Below are positions 26,153-40,430 of a stretch of DNA of 64,000 nucleotides, piece after piece (positions within the stretch are counted from its first letter, which is position 1; every line of letters starts with the position of its first letter). Below the pieces are notes generated by a model. It saw nothing but the letters and a program-made list of their open reading frames with translations. It had not been told where the DNA came from and searched no databases. This DNA comes from Paecilomyces variotii (lineage: Eukaryota). The DNA is taken from assembly GCA_004022145.1 (NCBI GenBank), contig RCNU01000001.1; one strand, given 5' to 3'. The position numbers and the translations under genes are program-made.

Positions 26153-27871
26153 GGTTACTGATGAAGGGATAGAGATGAAACAAGAAGCAAGCAAGGCAAC
26201 CAGGAAGGTAGAGTCTGGGGAAAGGAGAAGGAAAGAAAGAAAGAAAGAGGACGATGACGGCGAAGAAATAGCAAGGGCCAGGGTATGGGCAAACAGGCAA
26301 TCCGGGGTCGTTCAGCAGCCGACGCATGCTGGATGCGGCGCGTCACTCGGCCGAGGCTCGTCGGCTTGCGCTGTCCTGAATTATTACTTACGCCGTCCGT
26401 CACTGGTTCCACTAATTGCGTGGGACAATTACAATTCAATCCCATCTTCTCACTATTCTATCCACTGTGGATAGTGGTGGTGTTCCATCCTTGGGCCTTC
26501 AATGGCTTCTTGCGGGGAAGTCGTCCGTCGATATCTTCTACTTTCTTGCGGATGGGATATGACGGTAGTTAATCGAGCAGACTACTTAAGTAATGAACTG
26601 TCTGTGCTGAAAGTCTGGAGAAGAAGTCTCAGCCCGTGGCATGTGAAATGCCAGCGACCATCACATGAATGAATGGCTTATCCAAATGATTGATTATTTC
26701 TGAGGAGAATGTCACGCCATGTTTTACTAAGCTGGCCGGCTTGATTAGCGAGTCGATATGGAAACGTACCCATTCGCTATCCGAGGTTCCTGCCTGAGGC
26801 TGGGGGTACCAGTCTGTCCAAGCATGTTATTCACATAAATATTGCCTGCAATTTAACTATCCACAGCCTAGAGTAACTAGTTCAGTATTATATGTTATCT
26901 ATATTATTATTCTCTCATCTACATCATAACTCCTTGGACGCATCGATCACTCGGACATCCATCACGTCTCTTCTCGCCCGAGAGAATCAGTTAGTTAACT
27001 TAGGTCCTCTGCTAGCTAGCCGCCCGCTGATCGACGTGGGGTATGGAGTAGTCTAGCGTTCTTCTCGGCCAAGTTCCAACATACATAGGTACTTAACGGC
27101 CCTGCCGTCATCACCTCGTCCTTTACTCCAGTTAATCATTACTAGGAGAAAAATACATATCTACAGTAGATAGTAACAATCATCTGGAAAATAAATCACT
27201 AACAATGATCCCAGCAATACTACTCAATATTCGTCTACATTTATCCCTTGTTCCTAGATTTAACTAATTGGCTATTACTACACCTAAATGCCCCCGATCG
27301 GCTATTGAACTCCCTCCACCCGTCGGCAATTGCCCATCTAAACAAAACCACAAAGAAGCCAAGAACATTAGTCTAGAGATCAATATACGCTATCCCCTAC
27401 CAAAGCTGATTGAGTTCCGGGGAAGATTTAAATCCTTTCTTGAAACCATGTTCCTGGGTTGCCGTATCGTAAAGAGATATGATTCGTGGGGAATTCTTTC
27501 ATTGCACGGAAAATATATTTGCGGATCGGCTAGAGCTGTGTATGGATTCCCGTAACGCAAGTCGGCTTTCCGTCCTTGGTTTGATTCCATTCCGACAGTG
27601 ACGCCGAGTACGGACTATGTAATTCATGTTTGGTGGTGAGCGACTGAGTTGCTGGTGGAGGTGACCGGAGGGTTGCTAAAATCGGATATCGAAGATACTG
27701 CTCTTCCCCTTTTCTCCTAGCTAAATCCAGAGGGAAAATACGCTGTTCCTGTTGGAGAATATAAAGACCACAGTAATTAATGGTATCGTCCTTCCTAAAC
27801 ATCTATCGTTCTCTTTTTAGTGGCTCGTTATCGATATGCCATTATCTGTAATCGTCGCTCGTAAATTTCTC

Positions 27872-29200
27872 TCAATGCACCATCTGCCCAGCCACCAAAT
27901 CCTGGAGTAATCGACAGAGTCAGCATATGTTCTTCTGTCTCTACGGGGGAAGGAAAGTTCGTACCGGAAATGCATCAGATATGCTGGCTGCCACCCGCTC
28001 GACATCCTCTGCCAACCCTTGAACGCCGGCATCCCATAACCGCAGGTTTCTTCCTACGGTTCCTGTGCTGCCAACTCCCGTGATCCCTGAGTCGAAAAAT
28101 ATGATGCCGTCGATCTGGTCGATGCTCGCTTTCAATCTTCCCTGCTCCACCATCCGCGCTGCGTATGCCTCCGCCTGATCCGCGGCCGTCATATCACCGC
28201 TACCCTTGAGGCCAAGGATCGTACCCAGCGACTCCGTCGTAATGTTCTCGTAGAGCTTGCTGGCAGCAACCAGATTGTGCTCAATGACAGCCTTGTCCAG
28301 CACCGTCGAACCATCGGCCGTCTGCGCCAGCTGATGTGGTTGCAGCTTCTCCGCAAAGGCAGCAACCTCCTCTGGCGTCAGAAGCCGATCGAGGAACATC
28401 TTCTCCAGGATACCAAACTCATCCACGGACGTCGCACGGTCATCCTTGTATAGTCGCGCAAGCGTACGCGATCGCTGCGGGCCAGCAGGTGCGAGAACGG
28501 CGCAAATAATCGCCGCGGAAAGGGCGTGCAGGCGATCCCCCTCATCGACTCCAGTAGCCAGACTGACATTATAGTATTCCTGACTTGCGTCCAGGAAGCG
28601 ACGACGGGCATCGAGGATACGTGCCTGAGATAGCTGGAAGTGCAGCTTGAGCTCCGGGTCCTCGATCTTGCTGGGCATGTTCTTAATCTTGTTCAAGAAC
28701 GCCTCCGCACTCGTCGTGTCATCCTCTTCCAGGTATAGCCTCAAGATTCGAATCCACATCCGGACCTTGGAGTCGTCAGAAACCAGACGCTGCGAGCTCT
28801 CCAGGTGGATTCCCTGCAGCGCCCGCGCCGCAGCGATGTACTCCTCCTGGGCTTCATAGGCATCCGCTAGGATCTCTCGTATCCTCGAATCCTGTTCTTC
28901 CACCGATGCAGACCGTGACTGGAGCAGCGTAGTAGCGTGTTGGCCAACTTTGACCTTGGTTTCCGGGGAGAGGTCGCGCAGGACGTTGATGAACGCATCT
29001 AGAAGCGGGCGAGCTGCAACGATGCTGATATTCTCGCTGAGGATTGAGTCGAGGTAGTAGATGAGGTCTTGAGCGAGTTCATGTTCAGACGAGGTAGAGA
29101 CAATCTGCGAGAGAAGGTCATTGTAGAGCTGTGGTTTGTTCTGCTGGTTCGGAGACGACTCGATCGCCGCCAAGGCGTCTGTGACTTTCTGTGAGGCCAT
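27872..29200 (-). CDS. csnD: COP9 signalosome subunit 4; exons 29200-27965, 27901-27872
   Basis: PCI-domain protein with LAPAGPQRSR.LA.LYKDDR, LEKMFLDRL, AVIEHNLVAASKLYENI and IDQIDGIIFF. Confidence 0.94.
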
Positions 29201-29362
29201 GACGAGTTAGATGGGAATAGAAGAAGCAGATGAAGAGATTCAGAACCAAACGAGGAGATGTGAGGACAAGCAGCGGGGTTTTAAGAAGACGTGACTAAAG
29301 AGGTTGTCTTTAGATACGGCCAAGTGCGGGACTTTGAAGCGAGGTTACCTAGTTAAGCTCCG

Positions 29363-29374
29363 CTTATCGATAAG
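29363..29374. promoter_or_regulatory. CTTATCGATAAG palindrome (double GATA core) in the divergent csnD/TFG2 promoter
   Basis: Perfect 12-bp palindrome about 160 bp upstream of the csnD ATG; function inferred only. Confidence 0.4.
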
Positions 29375-30123
29375 GAAGCTGGATGAGTCTGTACTACAGT
29401 TAATACAACTTACCACTGCTTGACCTGTACTTCGAAAAGGAACCTTGGGACTTTTGGGAGAGAGATAAGTAATGAATGAATGAATGGAATTAATTATTAT
29501 ATCCATGTACTAACTACCTGTTTCGTATTGTTCGAACTCCTGCACCTTTTTGCGACTACTGCTGTCAAACATAGCACACCGTTACAAAGTACTTTCTGGG
29601 AACCCGACACCGTGACATATGGAAGTATAGGACTCTAGCAATAACAAGTTTCTAGAGATGTCCCCTAACGAAGTTAGTAAGGGACGTCCTGGAGCTGGAA
29701 GAAGGCACATCATATTGTAGACTAGATAAGCAACGATGTCTGCAAGTCTCCATTGCAATAGTCCGACTCTTAAGTCAGAGTATCATCCCCTGAAGCATAC
29801 TGCAAGACCATAATTTCAACAATGCAGATAATTTTGTATGTTATTCTCCGAATAGTAAGGCCAAAACTGGGCGAATGTTGGTGAAGTGGCGGCGGCCACA
29901 GTTGACTGCGCTAGATGCCTTAGAGCCGCCCCACGCCGCAGCTCCAGGTCTTTCCTTCTCGGCGGAGCTGCCTAGAACGCAGGTAATACTGACATCCACC
30001 ATCGCGTCTGTCATTTTCGCCCTCCACGCAAATACAACCGCTCTGTCTGTCTCTATCTGCAGCTTAGAAGCAGCTTACAAAGTTCGTCGCGCATCCTTCT
30101 CTTTACCCGGGCTCGCTGGCGCC

Positions 30124-31395
30124 ATGTCGCAAGTCAAACAGGAGCCGGGCTCGACGCCGTTCATCAAGCCCGACCCCGACTCAAAGGAAACGTCGCTCGG
30201 TGCTATGTCGGATGATGACCTTTACGAAGATGCCGGAGATCTTGATTTTTCAAATGCAGCCCAGGATGTCTGGTTGACGCGCATTCCGAAATCGCTGTGG
30301 GAACACTGGGCGCATCTGGACGATGATGAAGAGATACAGATCGGTACAGTCAGGGTGGAGGGAAGACCGGAAGATACCAAGAGAGTAGGTTTTCAGATTT
30401 GAAATTTCTCTCGAGTAATTCCGGCTGATAACAATTAGATCAGTCTGCGACTTTTCGATCGACCGGATAACAAAGATGTCCCCAAGGACTACATCTTAAA
30501 GCGCCAGAACGTGACAGGCGAAAATACCTCCTACGCGGTACAGAACGGTTACGTATTCACAGAAAAAGATCTTCCTGGATATGAAAATCGAGTCAATCTT
30601 GTTTTTGGCGAGGCGCGCTCTGCTCTCTACGAGGCGATGAAGCGAGAGGCTCGGAGGAAGGATCGCAAGAGGAGATGGGAGCCCTACGTGCGAAAGACGA
30701 TACCAAGTGCGTGTTCATGTCCTCAAGAATTTTATTTCTTGGGTTATTGCTTACACTTCTATAGAGCAGACAGCTCTCGTCGGAAAGGTCCGAGACGAGT
30801 TCAACTGTATGCCGGTGGAGAACGAAGAATTCCAGAAGATTACCGAGGAACAAGCCTTCAAGATCTTCAAGCCCAAGGAGAAGGTCAGGTTTATAGACAA
30901 GGTCTCGGGCAAGATGCTCCGCGCTGGCAACGTCCTACCCGGAGAAAAGAGCGCCTTTGTGGTCAGTATTCTCGTGTCATATCTTCCTCGATACTTCTTT
31001 TCATTATTGACTCCAAGCAGCAAGCGACAAAGCCCACCAAGCCTCGGCCCCAGGAAAACAAGACGACTCGTATGCCGCAGAACGAGTTGCTGGATCTTAT
31101 CTTCCAATGTTTCCGGGAGCACAAATACTGGCCTTTTAGCGCGCTGAAGGCAAGGCTCAATCAGCCTGAAACATACATCAAACAGACACTGGAAATGGTG
31201 GCACATCTGGTCCGATCCGGTGACTTCGCAATGACCTGGGAACTCAAGCCGGAAGCCAAGGAAAGCAGCTACGCTATGGCATATCAGAACGCAAAGGAGG
31301 AACTCCCACCAGACCCAGGGTACGGTATGGACGAAGAAGAAGACGGTGGTGCCGGTTCAGAGAACGAGGATGTCCAATTCGAGAGCGTAGTTTAG
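30124..31395 (+). CDS. TFG2: TFIIF beta subunit; exons 30124-30384, 30439-30706, 30765-30961, 31021-31395
   Basis: DVWLTRIPKSLWEHW, PYVRKTIPKQTALVGKV, and winged helix RMPQNELLDLIFQCF..YW..L...LNQPETYIKQTLE..WELKPE. Confidence 0.93.
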
Positions 31396-31603
31396 ACGGA
31401 TCGCAACTGCTCTACATGCTTGTAATTTTGGGTGATGGCGTCATATGGCACCAACGGATGGTCTACAAGAGGAGTCTGGGACTTTGTCTATTTAAGAATA
31501 TATCTCTGATATTACAAAGATGTGAACTATTCACTATATCACCCTCAATAGCCAGTAATGATGTATTGATATGCTACTTAACAGCTGATGGACGGTTCAT
31601 TGT

Positions 31604-31615
31604 AGTCACGTGACT
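31604..31615. promoter_or_regulatory. AGTCACGTGACT palindromic E-box (Cbf1/bHLH type)
   Basis: Perfect palindrome containing GTCACGTG, about 160 bp upstream of the CCCH gene ATG. Confidence 0.45.
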
Positions 31616-31774
31616 GTTTCACGACGTTAAGCGCCACAACACCGTGACGGCTGGCAGCTCACTTGATCCTTAAATCGCCGAGTTCATATCGTGGCGATAC
31701 CCAACAATACAATCCATAAAACCCTCTCCTCTGTCAGCTAACATCGCTCATTCAGGGTTGACAGTCAGGTAGAT

Positions 31775-33364
31775 ATGACCGAAGAGCAGGATCTCCTTGC
31801 CAAGATCGGTCAGCTTGCTGGTAAGTGCGATATGTACAAAACGACAGTTATTGTCAGGCCACTGACCCCGCCCAGGCCAGATCAATCAGCATAAAAACCA
31901 AGCAGCGCAGAAACCGCGTCCTTACAACACTGCTCCTTATCCTTCTCATAGTTCTCGGTATAACCCAGGCTGGGCGCCATACCGTGGCAGACCGCCTGCG
32001 CGACGTCATGTAACCCCTCACCGCAATCGCACCCTCGTTCTCAACAATGGTGGCAAGGCAAGTTCAGAAGCTGGCTCTGCTGGCTCCTCCGGTGCGAGCG
32101 GCGACGGAAGTGAGGTAAAGCATGCTGCCTCAAATGGCTGGGTAGCGAAACGCGATCGTCACATGCAGTTGATCAACTCTGCTATTTATGATAAGGAGGC
32201 ACAGGCGAGGACAAAGGCTATTGAGCAGAGCCGCAAGCTCAAGGCAGAGAAGCGAACCAAAGTTGAAGAAGCAAAGGTTCTTAACTACGCGCAGGGTGCT
32301 GGGAGACAGTATCCAAGTGCGGTACCAGCTCACACTCCTGCGACTGCACCACGTTCAACAGTTTATCAGATCCTCGTCAACGATATACCATTCCAGGTTG
32401 CCCGAGGTGGCAGCAAACTGATCAGATTATCCAGTGCGGCTACCGTCCCCAATCGATCAAACCAGAGGGCTCGCTTACCTGTAGTAGATGACCCCGCGAG
32501 CGCAAATTCCACACCGAAGAGAGTCACGGTCGGTGGAGTTCCTTTCGTTCGCAGCAAAAACGGAAACCTCCACCGTCTAGGTGCTGTCGCTTCGAAGAAG
32601 TACGTCTCGAGTGAAATCTCCCGCGAATTTCAGCTGACACAGACAGGAAACCTTCTGAGATCAAGAAAAAGAATGAACTCTGCAAGAGATTCACGTCGAC
32701 GGGTACCCGCCTCTCTCCGATTTGAGCGTTTGATACTTGGATATTCGTTGATTTCCGGTTAGCTCGATGAATGCTGACATCTATTTTTCTTCCTACAGGT
32801 ACTTGTTATAAGGGACCGTCGTGTCTCTATGTCCATGATCCAAACAAGGTTGCTATCTGCAAGGAGTTCCTCCAGACTGGTAAATGCGGCGCTGGGTCCA
32901 TGTGTGATCTGTCCCATGAACCATCACCCAATAGATCCCCTGCCTGTATGCACTTCCTTAGAGGGCGCTGCTCCAACCCGGACTGTCGTTACTCCCATGT
33001 TAGGGTAACACCTGGTGCCCCTGTTTGTCGAGAATTTGCAACCCTTGGCTATTGCGAGAGAGGTGCCGAATGCGACCAGAGGCATGTCCACGAGTGCCCT
33101 GATTACGCCAACACGGGGGCTTGCCATAAAAAGCGCTGCACGTTGCCACATGTTGACAGGGCAGGCCAGATTCGAAAGAACGCTGCTAACAAGGCAGATA
33201 CCCTTGCCGACAGTGAGGCCGATCTCTCCAGCGAAGAGGAGGAATACGAAGAGATCGACTCGGATGATGTCGACTCTGACGAGCTCGACGAAGGTCCGGA
33301 GATGATAGAGCCTGGCGTCGACAGTGGCGAGATCGCTCAGCAACAGGATTTCGTCCAGTTTTGA
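31775..33364 (+). CDS. CCCH zinc-finger protein, ZC3H3/Red5-like, multi-exon
   Basis: N-terminal helix MTEEQDLLAKIGQLAGQINQHK; tandem CCCH fingers (CKEFLQTGKC..CDLSH, CMHFLRGRC..CRYSH, CREFATLGYC..CDQRH, CPDYANTGAC..CTLPH); acidic tail. Confidence 0.85.
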
Positions 33365-36300
33365 GCGCTCTTCTTATTACTGACTCTAATTGCATAGGCA
33401 TTGTAGTCGAGACCCTGCTCAAGTAGCTAGAGGATCTCAGATTTACGCGGGCATCATTGCCTGGCTGTGAATATATTCTCATTTCAGAAAGATATTCTGT
33501 TTTGGCGTCAGGGACACAGGGCTTTCAACGAGAATAGCGATTGGTGATTCTGTGTTATTTTCCTCAACGCGCCATCCTGTGGATGGAGAGAAGTTTTACG
33601 TGTTCTCAATTTTACGGATATCCAACTTTGGTTTTCTTCAGATGAGGCAAAAGTGAGCTGGGAAATGAAAAAGGGAAAAGGAAAAGAAAAGAGAAAGAAG
33701 CAACGATTAGGTTTAACGCTCACAATACCTGCCAATCCAGTTCGACCTGGAGTGACGGTTTGTAATTTGAATTATTCTTAACATCTCCTGGTCAATGCAT
33801 AAAACATTTGACGTTTTTCATTTGATACTTTTCATTATTACTATACTTGTTCTCTCAAGTCAAGTGCGTATAACTCGGACCCCGTAACTTCTGTTGCTCA
33901 TGATGCCCAAGCCCAAGCGCTGGCTCCATAAAACACATTCGGCCCCTTTGGTCAACATACTCAATTGCGGCCTATTAGTATGCTACACGTCCCCCAGTGT
34001 ATCAGGAATTGCTCGAATTGAAAGTAGAAACGCAATTACCCCTTGCCACCTCCCAATACTATTATTCACCAAAAGCTCCCTAAAACTCATGAATGTTCTG
34101 TTTAACTCCCTCATCGAAGGGCCATTCTTTTAGATCAGCCAGTATAAAACCGTACCAATAGGTGGGTTTCCAATGTTTTGATTTATCCCGATATGACAGG
34201 TAATATCTCCATTAGCTTCTTATTCTAGGATATGTACGTTATTGGACGCATGTAGGTTTATTTGAAATAGACTCGTCTATGTAACTAGAGTAGGTTGAGA
34301 GTAGAGCGTTATGTCATAGGATATATATTTATACGGACCGAGAGAGAAGGAGGGAAGAACGCAGGAAGCATGATGGATTTCTATCTAACTAACTAATTAT
34401 ACTTCATCAGGGGTATGTTAGCCACATTGTTCATGTTTATACTTATGTCTCTGTTTGCGCGGTGATGAGTTAATTATTGTGTAGATACTGGGGGTTGAGG
34501 TGGTTATAGCTATAGTACGAGGTAGAAGGTATTTGGTTATCGATTATTTATATATGGTGTCAGCATGGTCGTGCGAGGTCTACTATATAAATATCAATGA
34601 GGAGGGAAAATAATGGAGATAATTTCGTCAATGTTAAAGATATAAATTGATTTGAAAGAATTGGCCTCTCCAAGACTGGTTACAAGTGCCAATGCCCGTG
34701 TTTGGTCGATAGACAAGAGAATGAACTTCTTCCTAGATAGTCAGAAAGGCAACAACAATAATGACAAAAAGCCCTCCTACCAAGTTCGTCAACATTCAGA
34801 CGAAAAAGTTCCCCATCTTACCCCTGAAAACCCTGGGGCAGGCGGTCCCTCCCGGACAGCTTCCAGCAGCTAGTTTACCAGGAGCTCTGTTGTGAGTCAT
34901 AACTTCGATCTCGATATTGCTGCCCACCGGCCGAGACAACGATCTGCACCTAAAGGTTAGTTTTACCTGCTCACGGACGCAACTCCGCGGCTATTGGCGA
35001 GAGGTTATCATGTACGATGCGTAAGTACCCACGTAGATCAATGTGAAAGCACTTGGCCTGATTAGGAAACTTGTAGACAATGCCTATGCCGGGATCTAAA
35101 CCGAGAGAAGTATGTCCGGGTGTCATTCATGCATATTATTGTCGTCGAGCATGTAGTTAGGTATAATCTTATTATTATTGTTTTGTTTTGTTTTTTGTTT
35201 TTCCCGCGCCTTGATTATCTTCTAGGAGACGATCAAATTAAACCACTCCTAATTTTAGAGGGAACTCACTGGAAATTTCAGGATTGTCCCGATCGGCATT
35301 GTTACGGCAAAAGAAAGCTAAATGAGAAAGAGGGAAAAGAAGAAAAAAGAAGAAAAAACAGGATAAATAAGTCCACTCACCGCAAAAGATCTCGTTTCTG
35401 TCTGCGTCATATTATGGAAGAAACGGGTTTCCTTCCTAATGGCAGCATTGGTCTTTCAAGGAATCTTCCATTGGCGCTCTCTCTCTCTCCCAAGATCAGC
35501 AATTCCTTACGCTTCATTGCTGTGCCTTTCGCTAGCGGTTACAGTCCGGCATTGGAGCCTCAACCTGCGTCTCCAAGTCCTCCCGATTTCTGGTAACTAG
35601 ATGACTGTCGGGCAACAACCTGAGAGAGAAAGGACGGAGCATAATACGGGCTGAGGCAAAGATCTCGAGACGGACGAACTCTAAAACAGCAATTTTCCTC
35701 TACGTTGCGTGGGCGCCGCGCATGCGGGCGCATGGCGGTGTTAGCTCGAGAGCTGGTGTAGAGAAGGCGGCATGAATATTCTGTTGCGTGCGTAGGAGAA
35801 TCTATCCAGCTTGCGAGTCCACAGGTTCATCCTATCCAGGCCGGTTAGGGAAAGAGAAGAGGGTCAAAAACACAGTCTAAGGATGCCCACTTGGTTCCCG
35901 CGCGGGTCAGTACTAAGTATGGAGTTTTTCGCTTTGCCTGCAAGTCGACGCCGGTGCTGTGGTCATTCTTATTATTGACTTTTGATGGGTGCGAGCACTA
36001 AGTAGATAATCTGTGGTCATCTGTGGTCAGAATGGTCATCGTCGTGCGGCAGTAAGTATAATTGGACCAAACCACCATCTACACCGCCAGAGTCCAAGTG
36101 AAGAGGCACGGCCGACCTGTTTCCCAGCCATCTTCGCCACTGTGGAGTTTCGAAGCAGAAAGAGCCATCTGATGTTTTTTTTTTTGTCTCAGGTTATCTT
36201 TTCACGTGCGCTCATGGGTCTTTTGCTAGGTGCATCTTTAACGCGTGAGGCGAGAAGACCGTTCAACGCATGGACATGTTTCCTGTTTATGCGATGGGCC

Positions 36301-39300
36301 ACCCGCGGTGGTTGTTTCAGGATAAGGATTTGCATCCGATTCGCAGGCGGCTTGTTTACATTGAGTACACTTTAGGGTTGTCCTCGAAGTGCGTGCTCTT
36401 TGCGTAGGTAATACTGTATGACAGTATGTACATACCATAATACGTCCTGGCCTCAGCGTCCTCTCTGGGCCGGAGAAATACCGGTCCCCCAAGGCTCTAT
36501 TGGAGTAACGTGGCAGAGCATTCAGGTACGAAATCGCTCCAGTAAACAACTGCATTCTCTCGGACGACTCTTCTCTCCGAGCATCATTGAGAGCGTGAGG
36601 TATGAGTCACAGCAAGGCACCGTCGTTCATTGGCTGCTTCTGGGGGGAATTGCGACTTCTGATGTACTGCTACTTGGGGCCATAGACGAGGCTACCTGAG
36701 TCCCCAGGCATGTTAGAGCGTCAGATGCATGTACCGACCTCGTGGTTATGATGTAGAGGTGCAGTTCCCTCCAGATCTGGGCTCCCAGATGCTACGTCGG
36801 AGCTATCCGTTTCAATGATGACCGCCTCACATACAATGAAAGAGCCATCACTGAGACAATTCATCCCAGCCGTAGCCTCCGCATCTCCAGGAAAGGTACA
36901 ATGCTTCATCTGAAACAGGTACTATTCCAATGAAGACCGTGCGGTTGTCGAGTTCGGCCGATCTGTCTCCTGATCAGCGTTCATCGAGCTCGATCATTCT
37001 TCCCAGAGGTTCATGCATGTCCGGAGATATTGTGCGGATTGTAAGCAATAGTACACGTCAATTGCTCTTTGGGAATAGGGCAGTTGCTGTGCGTAATCCA
37101 CCTACTATGAGAGCGGATATTGCAGATGAGATGGTGTGACAGCCTCGCTCTGTATGGCTCCAAGCAATCCAGGGACACATGGTAGATTGTCTGTGTCTCC
37201 TATCTTGTAAGCGCACATGCCGCGAGCATCGAGAACAAAAAGTCAAAGCTTTTCTTAGTATAGTCTTTCCTGCTAATTCGCATACTAGTCAGGAAAGGCG
37301 GGGGTGGACAGATACCTGGGGAATGTCGCGGGCTGACACCGTTAGACTTGGCCACAGGCCATTCGATACCCTACAGTTGGCGTGCCTTTCCGAAAGTGTA
37401 GTCTGCTCATCAGATGTCGTTCTTCGATACCAGACGGAGTCTCCTCCACGTTGGGACACAGGCACCACCGCATCAATGGGTTTCATCTCATTCTCCTTGC
37501 TAGCAACAGCATGAGTGTGAAGTCAAATCCGAACAGCACAGCAGGACCGGCTGTTTCACAGTGATCGTGATGCGACCTGGGGGATCCAGGAGTAGCTCGT
37601 GGTGAGGACCTGATACTGAGCTTCGTTGAAGATCGAAATCGTACAGCAGACATCGCGCCGCAAATCTACCCTTCCACGTATACTAGCTGGTGAGGAGATA
37701 CAGATACAGTTCCATAGCGATGGCACACAGATTCAGTATTCTCATCCATCCCGTGCAATGCTCTCGATCGCTATTTTGGAAACGCCCTTCTAGACGAAGT
37801 TTGACATATTGTCATCTTATGGAGGTGGACCATTATCACCCGCAGGATCTGCACATCCATGTCTCGACGACAGTCGAGGTCAAAATCAATGGATGCGTGG
37901 TGGGCGTCCAGAGGCATCCCAGAATATGCTATCTTCGGTAGAACTGCCTGGTCCACCACACTGTTGATCGGGCCGGTCTGCTTCTCCTTGGAGCAAATGA
38001 GGCTCAAGGCCATTGTAGGATCCGCACGCGTTGACGGAAGCAGCATCGACCGTTGCCCGATTGGAAGAGCTCACTGAAGAGAAGCTAGTCGCTGCTTAGA
38101 GTGAGCAAGTGAGTCTGTGTCTAGAAGGTGAGCAGGTACTGAGGCCCGAAATGGTGCCTTGGGAGAGGAGCATAGATGCCTTGAACGAGGTGCCAGTGCC
38201 TTGTTGAAAGGCCTTCTCAGAGACATTCCAGGCGGGACTAAACTACTGGGTATGGGAGAGACTGGCCTGTCCATCATCAAGCTCCGTTCATCGCCAATGA
38301 AAATCATCGGGTCTAAAAGCTTCGTCTGCTTTTCTCTGGCCATTCTCGATCGTCACTCGAGTATCTGAACGTTCTCCTAGTCTGTGCTCTGCGTGCATCC
38401 TGCTTCTGCATCCGCTACTGCTCATGCCAGTGCTTCTGTGCCTGTCTTCCCCCCCTGCGGTTCCATGGATGATGGACCATGGTTAGCATCTCTATCTTCT
38501 AACGCTTCCAGGTAAAGCAGACAGCCAACATAGACCCTGACTCGCTCCCGTGGATCATCTCCCCGCGGGCCGGCCCATGGCTATCATAGCCCCAACGACG
38601 TCGATGCCACCTGGGAATCGTCGACGATGAGGGGGAGGGGCTGACAGATACGATACCAGCACTACTGTTCCCCTCTGGCTGTATCGGTATCGCTTTCGTC
38701 TGTTTACCGTGTCCCCGTCCTATCTATTCTTCTTTCCACGTCGTGGCCGCTCGTGGTGTCGCTAGCTAATTGCAGGCTTGCGCCCTTCTGAAACCGCGTA
38801 TTAGATGGCCCGATGAGCCCGTTGAGCCCACACTAGACTGCTCTTTATTCGTCCCAATAGCAGGTCGGGAGTTGAACCTGATACACACGAGTATGCGACA
38901 GAATGGGCCGCGACGGACGGGACTTCAGTACAACCAGCTTTGTTTTGGGCAAGCCAAAACGCGCTGGACTTTGTGCCATCACACCTCCCTTTACGGGAGA
39001 GGGAGAGGTCACACTGGCTTCCCCGTTGGATGAATGACCCTCAAGAGGTCCGTATGATCGCTAGTCCTAGTTCAGGGTTCAAGACGGCCCCGGATCGTTC
39101 CTTTACCGTACCGTCCAGTACCTCTAGGCGAATCGACGGCGTCAGACCCTAGAGGGAGATCATGGGCCCTGGCGGAATGTCAGTGCGTGCGCCGGCCTGC
39201 TTGGGCATCGTCCACCAGACCCTGAATCTGGTCTAAGCGGGTATAGCGGCTGCTACTGGCAAAGAAACAAACTGAGATGAGTTGATCATTCGATCCCTCC

Positions 39301-40430
39301 GTTTATGATACGCCTCTCTCGCAGACATTCCGGACAGCTCTCATTGCCACAGATCGCGGGTCGCTATCGCAAGAGTGTGTATGTATCTACAGTGCGAAGT
39401 GGCTGGGACGCCAAGAGCAAACGGTCTCTTCTATTCTACGGCAACGCCATAGATATGGGTAATCATAATGAAACAAACAGCAGAAACGACCTAAAGCGAG
39501 TGGTACCCGCTGGTTCGTGACCATACCATAGATCTATGTATCTCATGGCGTCGGGGAAGTGCTATCAATAGGGACCAATATCACCACGGCCTTTTTCGGG
39601 CAGGGGCAGAGAGCGTACGGGACAGTACCAGGCCTCGCCGTCATGACAATATCAATGATCGCGAATCACGGCCTCCTGTCGGTCCTGTCAGAAGGCCAGC
39701 CTCAACTGGACTGGGGCTAAGATGGACACCAGAAGCCAAGGGCAAGCAGGACGGCCGGCGGGGACGAAGAGAGAGCGCGACGCAGAAACAGAAAAAGCAA
39801 AAGCAAACACGATTGGCATAAGTTACTTATTAGTTCGTGGGGCTGTCACTGTTATTGGAGGTCTCGCGCACGCCTCCGGCGATTGGCACGGAGAAGAGGC
39901 TTCTACTTTATGCTCGTCGTCCAGATGCACGTCTGCCCAAAGGGTCGCAGAGCATCCAATAACTTCAGCCCGCCAGCTCGGAACGCACGAGAAAGCGTCG
40001 CCTCGTCTTTTTCTCTCCCGCAGACCGCCGAGCCCTGTAGCGTTCGTCCTGTCAAGAGAACGAGCGCTGCTATCGCGGCTTTCCTCTGGTGACTCTGACT
40101 CGGCCCGTTCTGTTGCTTCAGATATCAGATATATGTCCCCGTCGAGATCAAGATCCATCGACCCCTTCTCGGTACACAACATCCAGCAACCGTTTTTGTG
40201 AAGGTCTCTCTATCTAGAGAAGAGACCTCTTGGAACAACTTTCTCCCTGCCACCTCCCTTTCCTCTCCTCAGCGAGGTCCTTTTTTGTCCCTTCCTCCTA
40301 CTACTCCTACTACTTACTACTCCCGTTCTACCGACCTCCTCCGTTTTTCTCCCCACCCCGCACCGTTTCACACCGCCTCTTTATCTTGCGCTGCGCCTCT
40401 TCTTCTCCATCACGATAAACACAACCCAAC

